This document shows positions 18,789 to 28,355 of a DNA stretch of 64,000 bases, in pieces. The notes under the pieces are model-generated. The model worked only from the letters and a program-made list of their open reading frames with translations, had not been told where the DNA came from and did not search any database. The stretch's first letter is position 1; every line of letters begins with the position of its first letter. Location: IMG/VR virus record IMGVR_UViG_3300027486_000276, positions 25,790 to 89,789 of that record; one strand, given 5' to 3'. The DNA is from a virus (taxonomy: Duplodnaviria; Caudoviricetes). A program made the translations under genes and the position numbers.

Positions 18789-19343
18789 TTATGCTGGTAC
18801 TTCTTCGAAAGTAGCCTTTATAGAGAAGTTATTAAAAAATGGGTTAGCTGAACTCCATCTTCTGCAAACAAACAACTTAGCATCTGTTGGAGCAACTGAA
18901 TAAGGTGCAGATGGGTAATAAATAAAAGCTGTTTTTGCAGATCTAGCACTTAAAAAGTGCAGTATCGCAGTACATTCATCCAGAGTTAATCCATCAAAAT
19001 TCAAATCAAAATTAAGAAGATTAAAGTTAATTTGATCGCTGACTCTTTTTTCATACCCATCTCCGTATTTTATTACGTTAACCTTGGGATCAAAATTCGC
19101 TTGAGTTTGATAAGAAGGCTTCCAAATAAATAAAGGGTAGTCTTTTTTAACAACTGGATGTTGAAAATATCCTCCCCAATAAGTATCCGCATTAGACACT
19201 ACGTTAGAATAGACTGGGGGATTATTTGCAAGTACGGCGGCTTTGGCATAATAGTATCGATTATCTGTATATACGATAATATCATGCTTATTATAAGCAA
19301 CAGAGTTGCTCCATGCACTAATGTTAAAAATTGAACTAGACAT
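18789..19343 (-). CDS. Minor tail protein M-like (distal tail)
   Basis: FIWKPSY...PKVNVIKYGDGYEKRVSDQIN, ILHFLSAR...AFIYYP, FVCRRWS, IKATFEEVP match gpM; first gene of the M-L-K-K-I-J block. Confidence 0.88.
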   Translation of the reverse strand: MSSSIFNISAWSNSVAYNKHDIIVYTDNRYYYAKAAVLANNPPVYSNVVSNADTYWGGYFQHPVVKKDYPLFIWKPSYQTQANFDPKVNVIKYGDGYEKRVSDQINFNLLNFDLNFDGLTLDECTAILHFLSARSAKTAFIYYPSAPYSVAPTDAKLFVCRRWSSANPFFNNFSIKATFEEVPA

Positions 19344-19362
19344 ACCTTTTACCTTTTACCAA

Positions 19363-19394
19363 CTTATTATTACACTTTTTTGTGTAAATAATAA
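19363..19394. promoter_or_regulatory. Inverted repeat with back-to-back GTGTAA motifs between divergent structural operons (putative late promoters)
   Basis: ttattattacac-tttttt-gtgtaaataataa; GTGTAA on - strand at 19370-19375 and on + strand at 19382-19387, each pointing at an operon start; similar motif upstream of other genes. Confidence 0.55.
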
Positions 19395-19400
19395 AATAAG

Positions 19401-20219
19401 ATGGCATTATCTCGACTAAATAAGCAGAACTTGGATTTTTACTTGAATCAAAGCCAAGTTCATGGCGTTCAGGACATTCAGGCTTCCTACCAAATGCCAG
19501 TTCAACATACCAAATACCTTGGTATGAATAGCAGCTTTTATGCTCCAGAAGGAGCAAAGACGGCTACTTTATCTGTAACTAGTTTGCTGACAACATCTAA
19601 TGACTTTTTTAGCTGCACGGGAGAAGCTGGAAATTATGGCTTCGTAACTAAAAAAGCTAACCCTAGTTCCAATATCTTATTTGGATTTCAAAGTGGATAT
19701 TTAACTTCTTATACTTGTGGTGCCCAAATCGGAGAAATACCTACTGTTAGGGCTGATTTTCAAATTTTTAACGATGCTGGTTCCATCTCTTCAGCGGGTT
19801 CTTTTAATCAAACTAGCTCAACAGCTTTGGTGAATTCTAATACTATTGATATAGGTATAAATGATTTTATAACAAATAGAGTCAACTCTTTCAACTTAAA
19901 TATTGCGGTCAATAGAAATCCCACATATTACCTAGGGTCTTCAACTCCTTTTTCTGTTAAAAGCATTTATCCTCTTGAAGTAAGTTGCGATTTTAATATA
20001 GCTCAAGACAGTTATGTTCTTCAAAAACTGTCTGATTTGTCTTTTAACTTGAAGAATATCGGTAATTTTTACATTAACACTAAAGATTTTAATGGAAATT
20101 CAGTAAATTTTAATTTTGGAAATTCGTTATGTTATTTCATTGACGTTTCCGAAGACTTCTCCGCTAGTGTAAATTCTCCTGTAGGAATAACGGTAAGGTA
20201 TAGGGGTTATCTGAAATAA
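19401..20219 (+). CDS. Putative tail-tube/baseplate tube-fold protein 1
   Basis: Beta-rich 272 aa; two internal repeats of a 'QASYQMP..YLG' / 'NIAVNRNPTYYLG' motif followed by a strand, as in tail-tube folds; structural context. Confidence 0.55.
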   Translation: MALSRLNKQNLDFYLNQSQVHGVQDIQASYQMPVQHTKYLGMNSSFYAPEGAKTATLSVTSLLTTSNDFFSCTGEAGNYGFVTKKANPSSNILFGFQSGYLTSYTCGAQIGEIPTVRADFQIFNDAGSISSAGSFNQTSSTALVNSNTIDIGINDFITNRVNSFNLNIAVNRNPTYYLGSSTPFSVKSIYPLEVSCDFNIAQDSYVLQKLSDLSFNLKNIGNFYINTKDFNGNSVNFNFGNSLCYFIDVSEDFSASVNSPVGITVRYRGYLK

Positions 20220-20228
20220 GGAAAAAGG

Positions 20229-21032
20229 ATGAAATATTTTAATGAGTGTGAGGTAGTATTTAATTCGCGCTTTGGGTCAGGAGTTGTTCTGGCTCAAAAT
20301 GCGTCTATTGGAGTTAATAGGAGTATAAATTCTACTTATGTAATCGGAAGACAGAACTCATCTCAAATGTTTAAAACTAAAGCAGATGAGACTAACATAG
20401 ACTTTACTTATTTTCCGAATATCTCAGATCCTATCTACAAAGCTTTTGATTATATAAAGACGGGCGTATTTTCAAATAGCTTTCCAGAAACAAATATTCC
20501 TGTTCAAGTAGTATTAGCAGGAGTAACTGGTTCTTTTTATCCATCTAGATATTCATTAACAGTAAATCCTAACTCAAGAATACAGGCTTCTGTTTCTTTG
20601 TCTAGTTTTTCTAATCTTTCTGGAAGTCTCAATGACAAAGCTTCCGTCAATAATTTAGCAAGTGGATCTGGAATAGCTCATTCGTGGAATGCTAAGGTTT
20701 CAGGGACAGCCGCCGCCTATAATGTTTTAGACTTCAACTACGGCATTTCCATCAACTGGAACCCAATCTATTCAGTTGGTCAGCAAAGGCCAAGACAAGT
20801 TGATTTATCTGCTGGAGAAGAGACCTTTGATTTTACTGTAGAAAATTTTAATTCAAACTTCTCTAACACAGACTTATCAACAGCAGAAAATGCAAAGATA
20901 AATATCACTACTTTTGGTAATCAGTCAATAATGATTATCAATACTTCAGGAAGTAAGATAGACTCTTCCAATATGTCAATTAATATTGACGATTTCGCTA
21001 AAAATAAAATATCATTAAAAAGGAGTTTCTAA
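20229..21032 (+). CDS. Putative tail-tube/baseplate tube-fold protein 2
   Basis: VNRSINSTYVIGRQ and ISINWNPIYSVGQQRP repeats; similar size and pattern to both neighbours. Confidence 0.55.
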   Translation: MKYFNECEVVFNSRFGSGVVLAQNASIGVNRSINSTYVIGRQNSSQMFKTKADETNIDFTYFPNISDPIYKAFDYIKTGVFSNSFPETNIPVQVVLAGVTGSFYPSRYSLTVNPNSRIQASVSLSSFSNLSGSLNDKASVNNLASGSGIAHSWNAKVSGTAAAYNVLDFNYGISINWNPIYSVGQQRPRQVDLSAGEETFDFTVENFNSNFSNTDLSTAENAKINITTFGNQSIMIINTSGSKIDSSNMSINIDDFAKNKISLKRSF

Positions 21033-22112
21033 ATGTTTTTCAACTATAAAAATTGTACATTTAAGCTAAGTGGCGTAGACATTCTAGCCACTAATGTGAA
21101 TATGTCTCTTGATTCAAGCAATACTCCTGTTTATAATGAAGAATTTAAAAAGAACTCTTATAGTTACGCTCCAGAAGATACAGTAGATACAAGTTTTTCT
21201 ATTTCTTATTACTTAACAGGAAAAGACTTTGTTAAGGAATATCTTTTAGGAGCAAATTCTGAGCAAGGCGTATCTGGTAATTTTTGTGGCTTATATTTTC
21301 AAAATGGTTATGTTACAAACTATTCAATAAAAGGATCTCCAGATTCTTTAGCTAAAGTAGATCTTGAGCTTAAAGTTTTTGAGACATTAAAGGGTTCTTT
21401 TTCTCCAACTACTCCATCTAATTTACCAGAAATTACACCTTTAAATTTCTCGAATTTTTATTTATCTGGGAATCTAGATGGTGCTGCTTTTGATTCTAAT
21501 ACATATAACTTTACAAATTTTAGTTATCAATATCAAAGAGAAGTTCAGAAATACAATAAAGAAGGAGCTTTAACTTTTGATCAAAGCGGCAGAGCTTATC
21601 TAGGAAAAAGATCTCAATCAGTTTCTTTTGAAATAGATAACTTTAATGTTTCTCTACCGTATTCAGGAGTTCCTTGTGATTTTTATATTTCACTACAAAC
21701 AGGAGCGGCTCCCCTTGATACGTTATCTTTTGCAGGAATAATTTCTTCTAAGAGATCTTCTGTTGAATCTCAAGGCTACATAAGATCTGAGTTTTCATTA
21801 AAGCAAGACTTTTCTCATTTTAGACCAGCGATAACTGACTTTACTCCAAGAGTTATTTTGCCCGGAGCCACTGTTACTATAAATGGTAGTAACTTTATAA
21901 ATGTTAAAAGAATTCTTTTTGGTAACACAGAAGCTTCTTCATTTACGCCAGTTTCTAATTCTTTATTGACGGCAATTGCGCCAACAACACTAAAAGGTGC
22001 TGCTGCCATTTTCATAGAAACAGAGGAGACGACTTCTTCTTCTATTTTTAACTTTAAAACAAGTGTATCTGTTAATGATATAAGACTATCTACTGAGTTC
22101 CAAGGATTATAA
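21033..22112 (+). CDS. Putative tube-fold protein 3 with C-terminal IPT/TIG domain
   Basis: Same N-terminal pattern as neighbours; C-term PAITDFTPRVILPGATVTINGSNF..VKRILFG is an IPT/TIG Ig-like domain. Confidence 0.6.
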   Translation: MFFNYKNCTFKLSGVDILATNVNMSLDSSNTPVYNEEFKKNSYSYAPEDTVDTSFSISYYLTGKDFVKEYLLGANSEQGVSGNFCGLYFQNGYVTNYSIKGSPDSLAKVDLELKVFETLKGSFSPTTPSNLPEITPLNFSNFYLSGNLDGAAFDSNTYNFTNFSYQYQREVQKYNKEGALTFDQSGRAYLGKRSQSVSFEIDNFNVSLPYSGVPCDFYISLQTGAAPLDTLSFAGIISSKRSSVESQGYIRSEFSLKQDFSHFRPAITDFTPRVILPGATVTINGSNFINVKRILFGNTEASSFTPVSNSLLTAIAPTTLKGAAAIFIETEETTSSSIFNFKTSVSVNDIRLSTEFQGL

Positions 22113-22113
22113 T

Positions 22114-25100
22114 ATGCCAAGCTACAATACAGGTTTAATCAATCAAAAGATGCGCGTCACGGGCGCGGGTCTTTATGCGGTAAGCGGCTTGCAGCTTCCC
22201 GGTGCTGGTTTTATTGATTTTTCTTATTACGATGCTTCTCCAGAGTATATAGAGTTTAACGTTCCAGAGAATATAGTATTAGGAAAAGCTAATTTTTACT
22301 TTATTACTGGAAGAGAATTATCTTCTCCAATGTATGTTAGTGGAGTTGATTTTTATCCAATTCCAAGATTAGACGCTGTAATTCCACAAACTCAAGAGGT
22401 AGGAGAGTTTGTAGCAGTTAGCGGAAAATCTTTAAGCGGAGTCCAATATGTATCATTCAACAACATTACTGGAACAAACGTCTCTTACCAAGCGGATAGC
22501 GGAGTACTATTAGTTAAAGTTCCAAGTGGATACACAACGGGTCCAATTAGAATTAGCGGATATAACGATACAGGAATACTTTCTGTAAGTAGTGACTTTA
22601 ACTTTTTTGGAAGAATTCTAATAAGTGGATTTAGCGATAATATTCCATACGAAGGAGATTTGTTAAAGATTTCGGGCAAGAACTTTAACTTATCTTATGT
22701 AAATGAAAGCTATTTCCCTGTTAATTTTACAACATCTGTAGACAACCAATTAACTGGATTTGTCACTGCGAGATTCACTGGCCTTGGCGATATAATTTCA
22801 GGCATAGTTCCTCAAAATGCAAATCAAGGATTTGTAACAATAAATTCTAAAGACAATACTTCTTTTGCTTCTAAAACACAAATTACAGTATTAAGGTCTC
22901 CTCAAGTATTTAATGCTTTGAATTTTTACTTAAATTCTGGAGAATCTAATATTGCTATTGGTAGAAATTTTAATTATGCGACTGGTATTGTTTTAAGTGG
23001 ATTAAATTATAGACAACCAAAATCAATATTAAACAGCGGAGTCAGAAGTTCTAATATAGGTCTATTTGGTAATTCTTTATTATTCAGCGGCAGTTCTTAT
23101 TTGAAAATCCCATCTCCTTCTGGTGGAGATTTCCAATTTGGAGTTGATCCTTTTACTATTGAATTTTCAGTTAATCCATTGCCATACACCTCAACTCCCA
23201 GAATTGATATGTTCCAAGATCAGGGCTGGGATGGAAATGGATTTTATTTTTACAAAGCCGCTGGAAGCACTAATTGGACTTTTTACGCTAGTAATGTTGC
23301 TAAAGCAAATATTGCGACCTCTTTGATTCCAGCAAATCAATGGACAAAAGTAATTATTTCTAGAACCTCTGCAAATGGAGATACTTTTGTAGCAATAAGT
23401 GGAACCGCTAGACAATCTTATTCTACTGTTTCCGTTGGAACTCCTTATCCAATAACAGCAGGAAGTGGTTTATTTATTGGAACTCATAATACTGGATCTT
23501 ACGGACTTTATGGAGTTAATCCATTTTCTGGATATATTGAAGATTTTAGAATTGTTAAGGGCGCGGGATTATACAGCAGTATTAATCAATTAGTAACTGG
23601 ATCTGGATTATTTGATGTTCCTAATACAGTTTTGTTGCTACAAGGGAATTATTCAGATTATGATTATAGAGCAGATAGGACACAAGTATCAAAGATAAGA
23701 GATATTTCTGGTTATGTAGAAGATTACAACTATGGCGTTTACAACAAGATAGTACCAATATCTTCCTTTGTAAAAAACTCTGCTAACACAAGCTTAACCT
23801 TTACTGGAACAAATGCTGATGCTGGTTGTTATGATATTACTATAAAAAATTCTGGAGGAAGAGACTTCTTGTTTAAGAATTTTGAAGTTATCAAAGGCCC
23901 TCCAGTAATTAAAAATATATCTACTTTTGAAAATTATATTGGCGGATTTCTTGAGGTCTTGGGTCATAACATTTATCCAGATTCTCAATTCTTATTTCAA
24001 GATACTGGTAACGCTGATTCAATTGTTGAAGCAACAGAAAATGCAAACAGCTATTCTTATCAATCCACCTTTAGAACTCAAAAGAATATTTCTTTCTCAA
24101 GTTCAGTACAAATAAGCAACAACACTTCTAAATATGATGACAGGAGCTTGCTATTTTCTGGAAGCCCCGGTCCTTATATTAATTTTTCGATTACTGGCCG
24201 TTCACCAAACGTGCCTTTAAGTTATGGAAATAGTTTCGCTTTTGAATTAGATTTCAAGCCATTGACGAGCTTCTCTGCTTCTGATAAAAAATTCTTAATC
24301 GGTAGCCAAGCTGGGTTGAATGTATTCGTTACTTCAAATTATCTAGTTGTTTCTGGTATTGACTGGAATGGTTTTAACTCTGTTTTCTCTGGACAAATAA
24401 ATAGCAATCAGTGGAATCATTTATCAATCAGCAAGAGTTATAAAAATTCTAACACAATAACTGGCAAAATACTATTAAATGGATCTCCAATAAGTTTAGC
24501 TGGAACAAATTATACTTTAGACTTTGCAACTTCAAATTTAGATTTCAGTTTAAATTCTGATAAGAGTTTACTTAATCCAACTTTTAATATTTACATAGGA
24601 AGAGATTACGCCAATACTTCTTCTAGTTATTGGAGTGGATATATAGACGAGGTAAGAATAGTTAGAGAAAATCCTTATGAGTATTCTAATTATACTCCAA
24701 TTAGAAGGGCAAGGAATAATGCAAACACAGAGATATTAATTCATGCTAATGCTGGTCTTATAGATGATAATATTAGATCTTTCGGCTATCTAAGCCTTAA
24801 TACTCCTAACCTTACAGACATCAGAAAATCAAACATTGTATTAGACAATACAAATTCAAGACTAGTTGAAACATTTGATAAAACTTTTACTTTCTTAAAG
24901 ACTCCAACTATTACAGGTATTTATCCAGATCTATTAGTTCAAGGCGGACAAGGAACTGGTTATGGAAGTGATTTATACTATGTAGGATCTATTGATATTG
25001 GAGGATACAATGTTAATAATTATAATATAACTCAAAATGGTTCTGAATTTGATCAGAAATTAGTGTTTACAGTTCCTGATTTTGCTCAAAGCGGAGACGC

Positions 25101-27621
25101 TTTAAATATTAATTCAAACTATTACAAATACACTTATCCAAGCGGGTTGTCTATAAAGAGCGGAACTCTCGTAGTTGATGGATTTTCTCCAACCACTGGA
25201 GCTACCAATACGCTAATTACTCTATCTGGTAAATTCCTAAATACCGTTACTTCTATAGAATTAGGAAGACAAGATGGAGCTTATAAAGTAATTACAGCTT
25301 TTAGAAGACAAAGCATTAGCGGATTAAGTTTCTATATACCTCAAGTATATGATATAGCTGATGGTCCAATTGTTGTGAACGGAAGCTCAAGGGTTACAAC
25401 TACAGATTCATTAATTTTCGTTAATCCCATTATTTCTAAAATTATTCCAAACTCTGCTTACTTTAATGATTCTATAACTTTATCTGGAAGTAATTTAAAT
25501 GCTCTTGATTTCTATGGTATTGGATTTAATAATGAAATAATAAAATACCCTCATGTTATACCTCCTACTTCTACTGGAGCCTTAGTAAGAGTACCAAGAG
25601 AAGTAAAGAAGGGTAGTTTTAGGTTTTTTAATTCTGGCACCACTGCTGAAATCAAAGGCTTCTCTCCTTCGTTTAATCCAAGTACAACAATTTCTGGATC
25701 AAATGCAGAGATTTATAGAACAAGAGATGGCATACGAATTACAGGAATCAATGCTCACAATTTCCAAACAAGAGATTTATACATTAGTGGATTCAATAAC
25801 TTAACTAATAAAACAGGCCAATATTTAATTTCTCAAGCAATGTCGGTTGTTGATATTTCAACTGTCTCTGGAATGGCGCAGCCATATACGGGATATGTTG
25901 TTCTATCTGGAAATTTAAACATCATATCGGACGTTTCTTCTCAAATAACAGATTTAGATTTATTAATCAGCGGTTCAGATGCGGTTGGTATTGGAACTAC
26001 TGCGGGTTCAAATAGTTATATTACTTTGGATGGATTTATTGGAAGTGGTCAAATTTTCTTCCAAAGAAATAGCTTCGATGCAGATAATCTATATAAAACA
26101 ATTACAATAAAACCTCCAGTTATTTCCGCTTCTCCTTTAAATGTCTTAACTGGAACATATAGATCTCTAATAACTTTAACTGGTGAAAATCTTAACTATG
26201 TAACAGGAATTAGATTTGATGGAGCCAGTACTCTCATAAGAAGTGCTTCTGGTGCAATTCCTACATCATTTGATTATTTAAAGGCAAACTTTTCATCTGG
26301 AATATCGGTAGTAACTGATGCAAGGGATTTAAATAGTAGTGTTATTTATAAAGATTATAATAAGTTAAGATTTTATCCTCCATCAATGGCAGGAAGAGGC
26401 TTGCACGGTAAAGATGTGGAAGATGTAAGGCCAATTTCTGGAGTATTTTATCTACAAACTTATTTAGCAGAAGAGTATCGTGTAACTGGTAATTTTAATT
26501 ATATTCCTTTTATATCAATCAATGATGCTTACTTAAACAATAATTTATCTTATAGATTAGATGGCACTACTCAAGTTAGTGGTTGGGATGGATCTGTTAT
26601 TTCATTCAATGGAGAAGGAATTAGATATCTAACAGGAGTAGACTTCTTTAGTAAGGCAAATGGACAAATAGTAGAGAGCCTCTCTTCTTCGTTCCAATTT
26701 AATAAAAAGAGAGCAAGAATAGATTTTTATAATGCTCCCGGCGGAAGTATTACAGGATATTCTATTATTAGTGGAGGCGCAGGATATACAATTTCTTCTG
26801 TGGGAATGAGTCTCGCTACTAGTGCAGGTGGAACCCCAACTATAAATGCCATAGTTTCTTTTATGCCTCCTTATGTAGGTCAAGTTACAGGAGTTTCAAT
26901 AGTATCTAACGCAACTGCCCCAACTCAAGATTTTTGGATTGGAAGTAATGCCACTGTTCCTTTGCCAAGTTCTGGGTTTATACCAAGAAATCCTAACTTG
27001 CTTCTTTTTTCTGGAGATAATTTTGCTACACAAAGTGGAGATGGATCTAAATACTATGCATATTTTACTAATTCAACAACATTCCCATTAGACAATGGGT
27101 TCGTAGTTGGTGAAAAATTAGATATGAAGCTTTATAATTATGGAGCCATATTTGAAACAACAGAACAGCCATTTTTAACAATACAAAATCCAAATAACTT
27201 TGCAAGAATAGCAGACATTATCTTAACTGGAAATCAATACGTTGGAGAAAATAACTTAACAGTTAGATATGATCAAATTTATTCTAATGATGATGCTGAC
27301 TTCAGTAGTTTAGATGTACAACTAAAAACCTCAATCCTTTATCCCACTGGGTATAACGGAAAGAGGTTTATGCTTACTACAACTAAGCCTTCCAAAAATG
27401 GAAGATATTTGAGAGTAGATTTTTCTACAAAAATCCCAGAAACAGGAGATTATGTAAACATAAATGATCCAATTGATTCTAGATATTTGAAACTAAGAAT
27501 TGAAACTATTAATTCTGAAGCTTCATTATTTAAAGGATTGGGAACTTCCAGTTCTTTAAATAAAGTGTTTGCTGGATCTGTTGGAGCAGGTTCTAGCTCA
27601 CCCGGAATAGGTACATCCTGA
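22114..27621 (+). CDS. Large virion adhesin/fibre-like protein with multiple IPT/TIG and two LamG (concanavalin A-like) domains
   Basis: About 8 repeats of 'P.I....P.....G..IT+SG.N+'; two LamG segments (SLLFSG...FTIEF...FSGYIEDFRIVKG; ...QWNHLSI...WSGYIDEVRIVR). Confidence 0.78.
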   Translation: MPSYNTGLINQKMRVTGAGLYAVSGLQLPGAGFIDFSYYDASPEYIEFNVPENIVLGKANFYFITGRELSSPMYVSGVDFYPIPRLDAVIPQTQEVGEFVAVSGKSLSGVQYVSFNNITGTNVSYQADSGVLLVKVPSGYTTGPIRISGYNDTGILSVSSDFNFFGRILISGFSDNIPYEGDLLKISGKNFNLSYVNESYFPVNFTTSVDNQLTGFVTARFTGLGDIISGIVPQNANQGFVTINSKDNTSFASKTQITVLRSPQVFNALNFYLNSGESNIAIGRNFNYATGIVLSGLNYRQPKSILNSGVRSSNIGLFGNSLLFSGSSYLKIPSPSGGDFQFGVDPFTIEFSVNPLPYTSTPRIDMFQDQGWDGNGFYFYKAAGSTNWTFYASNVAKANIATSLIPANQWTKVIISRTSANGDTFVAISGTARQSYSTVSVGTPYPITAGSGLFIGTHNTGSYGLYGVNPFSGYIEDFRIVKGAGLYSSINQLVTGSGLFDVPNTVLLLQGNYSDYDYRADRTQVSKIRDISGYVEDYNYGVYNKIVPISSFVKNSANTSLTFTGTNADAGCYDITIKNSGGRDFLFKNFEVIKGPPVIKNISTFENYIGGFLEVLGHNIYPDSQFLFQDTGNADSIVEATENANSYSYQSTFRTQKNISFSSSVQISNNTSKYDDRSLLFSGSPGPYINFSITGRSPNVPLSYGNSFAFELDFKPLTSFSASDKKFLIGSQAGLNVFVTSNYLVVSGIDWNGFNSVFSGQINSNQWNHLSISKSYKNSNTITGKILLNGSPISLAGTNYTLDFATSNLDFSLNSDKSLLNPTFNIYIGRDYANTSSSYWSGYIDEVRIVRENPYEYSNYTPIRRARNNANTEILIHANAGLIDDNIRSFGYLSLNTPNLTDIRKSNIVLDNTNSRLVETFDKTFTFLKTPTITGIYPDLLVQGGQGTGYGSDLYYVGSIDIGGYNVNNYNITQNGSEFDQKLVFTVPDFAQSGDALNINSNYYKYTYPSGLSIKSGTLVVDGFSPTTGATNTLITLSGKFLNTVTSIELGRQDGAYKVITAFRRQSISGLSFYIPQVYDIADGPIVVNGSSRVTTTDSLIFVNPIISKIIPNSAYFNDSITLSGSNLNALDFYGIGFNNEIIKYPHVIPPTSTGALVRVPREVKKGSFRFFNSGTTAEIKGFSPSFNPSTTISGSNAEIYRTRDGIRITGINAHNFQTRDLYISGFNNLTNKTGQYLISQAMSVVDISTVSGMAQPYTGYVVLSGNLNIISDVSSQITDLDLLISGSDAVGIGTTAGSNSYITLDGFIGSGQIFFQRNSFDADNLYKTITIKPPVISASPLNVLTGTYRSLITLTGENLNYVTGIRFDGASTLIRSASGAIPTSFDYLKANFSSGISVVTDARDLNSSVIYKDYNKLRFYPPSMAGRGLHGKDVEDVRPISGVFYLQTYLAEEYRVTGNFNYIPFISINDAYLNNNLSYRLDGTTQVSGWDGSVISFNGEGIRYLTGVDFFSKANGQIVESLSSSFQFNKKRARIDFYNAPGGSITGYSIISGGAGYTISSVGMSLATSAGGTPTINAIVSFMPPYVGQVTGVSIVSNATAPTQDFWIGSNATVPLPSSGFIPRNPNLLLFSGDNFATQSGDGSKYYAYFTNSTTFPLDNGFVVGEKLDMKLYNYGAIFETTEQPFLTIQNPNNFARIADIILTGNQYVGENNLTVRYDQIYSNDDADFSSLDVQLKTSILYPTGYNGKRFMLTTTKPSKNGRYLRVDFSTKIPETGDYVNINDPIDSRYLKLRIETINSEASLFKGLGTSSSLNKVFAGSVGAGSSSPGIGTS

Positions 27622-28320
27622 TCATTTAGCTTTTTGAATTCTTTCGATTAATTCAAAAATTTTAATCTTTGGAATGTCAGCTATTGACATAAGAGAATCA
27701 GCGTTAGTATAGTTTTCCTTAATCAGCTTTTCTTTAAGCTTTGCAAAAGTAACGCTTTTCTCTTTCATTACTTTTTCAAGGATAGCATGAGGCTCAAAGA
27801 TTGCTGAAGACTCGGCGGAATCATCAACGACATTATTCTTCGACTTGCCAATTTCATCTTGACCAACGATGTTGATCTTTAAGAAATTTCTGACGCAACG
27901 GATAAATGCCCTGTTCTCGGCAATTGGCCCCAAGAAGTGACGAGCAAAATCCTTGGTATTACCGGGAGAAGCGTCTCCAATAGAAGAGAATGAAATACAA
28001 TTTCCTTCTGTTTCGTAGTTTGAAATCCAGTCTATTTTACAAACCGCTACTACATAGTCTGGACTTGGACAGGTTACAGTATACTCAACAGAGTAAAATC
28101 CTCTAAGTTGCGCTACATATTTAATTCCAGCTAGAAGAATGAGTAGATCTTTATCTTCTAGCTTGGTTACATCAGTTTCATTAGTCCTGTCCCTGTTTGG
28201 GACAAGGAACTCTGGCTTGATCATTTTTCGCCAGTTAATAGAACCGTCTTCATTAAAGTGGTATTCTACGCCTTCAATGAGACCATCAGAGGAACGAACA
28301 AGTTTCTTTACAGTATTCAC
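27622..28320 (-). CDS. Rad52/Sak-like single-strand annealing protein
   Basis: ILLAGIKYVAQLRG, FSSIGDA..N, PIAENRAFIRCVRNFLKINIVGQDEI resembles the AExRA.xRa+R Rad52-family motif. Confidence 0.6.
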   Translation of the reverse strand: MNTVKKLVRSSDGLIEGVEYHFNEDGSINWRKMIKPEFLVPNRDRTNETDVTKLEDKDLLILLAGIKYVAQLRGFYSVEYTVTCPSPDYVVAVCKIDWISNYETEGNCISFSSIGDASPGNTKDFARHFLGPIAENRAFIRCVRNFLKINIVGQDEIGKSKNNVVDDSAESSAIFEPHAILEKVMKEKSVTFAKLKEKLIKENYTNADSLMSIADIPKIKIFELIERIQKAK

Positions 28321-28326
28321 ATAGGT

Positions 28327-28355
28327 ATACTATGCGGCAACTGGAGACTTATCAA
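28327..28355 (-). promoter_or_regulatory. Sigma70-like promoter for the Rad52-like gene
   Basis: - strand TTGATA (28355-28350) -17 nt- TAGTAT (28332-28327), 7 nt upstream of GTG start. Confidence 0.65.

Noticed and set aside
19336-19557. 73-aa - strand ORF across the divergent junction
   Set aside because: Overlaps the + strand structural gene and the putative promoter; no motif.
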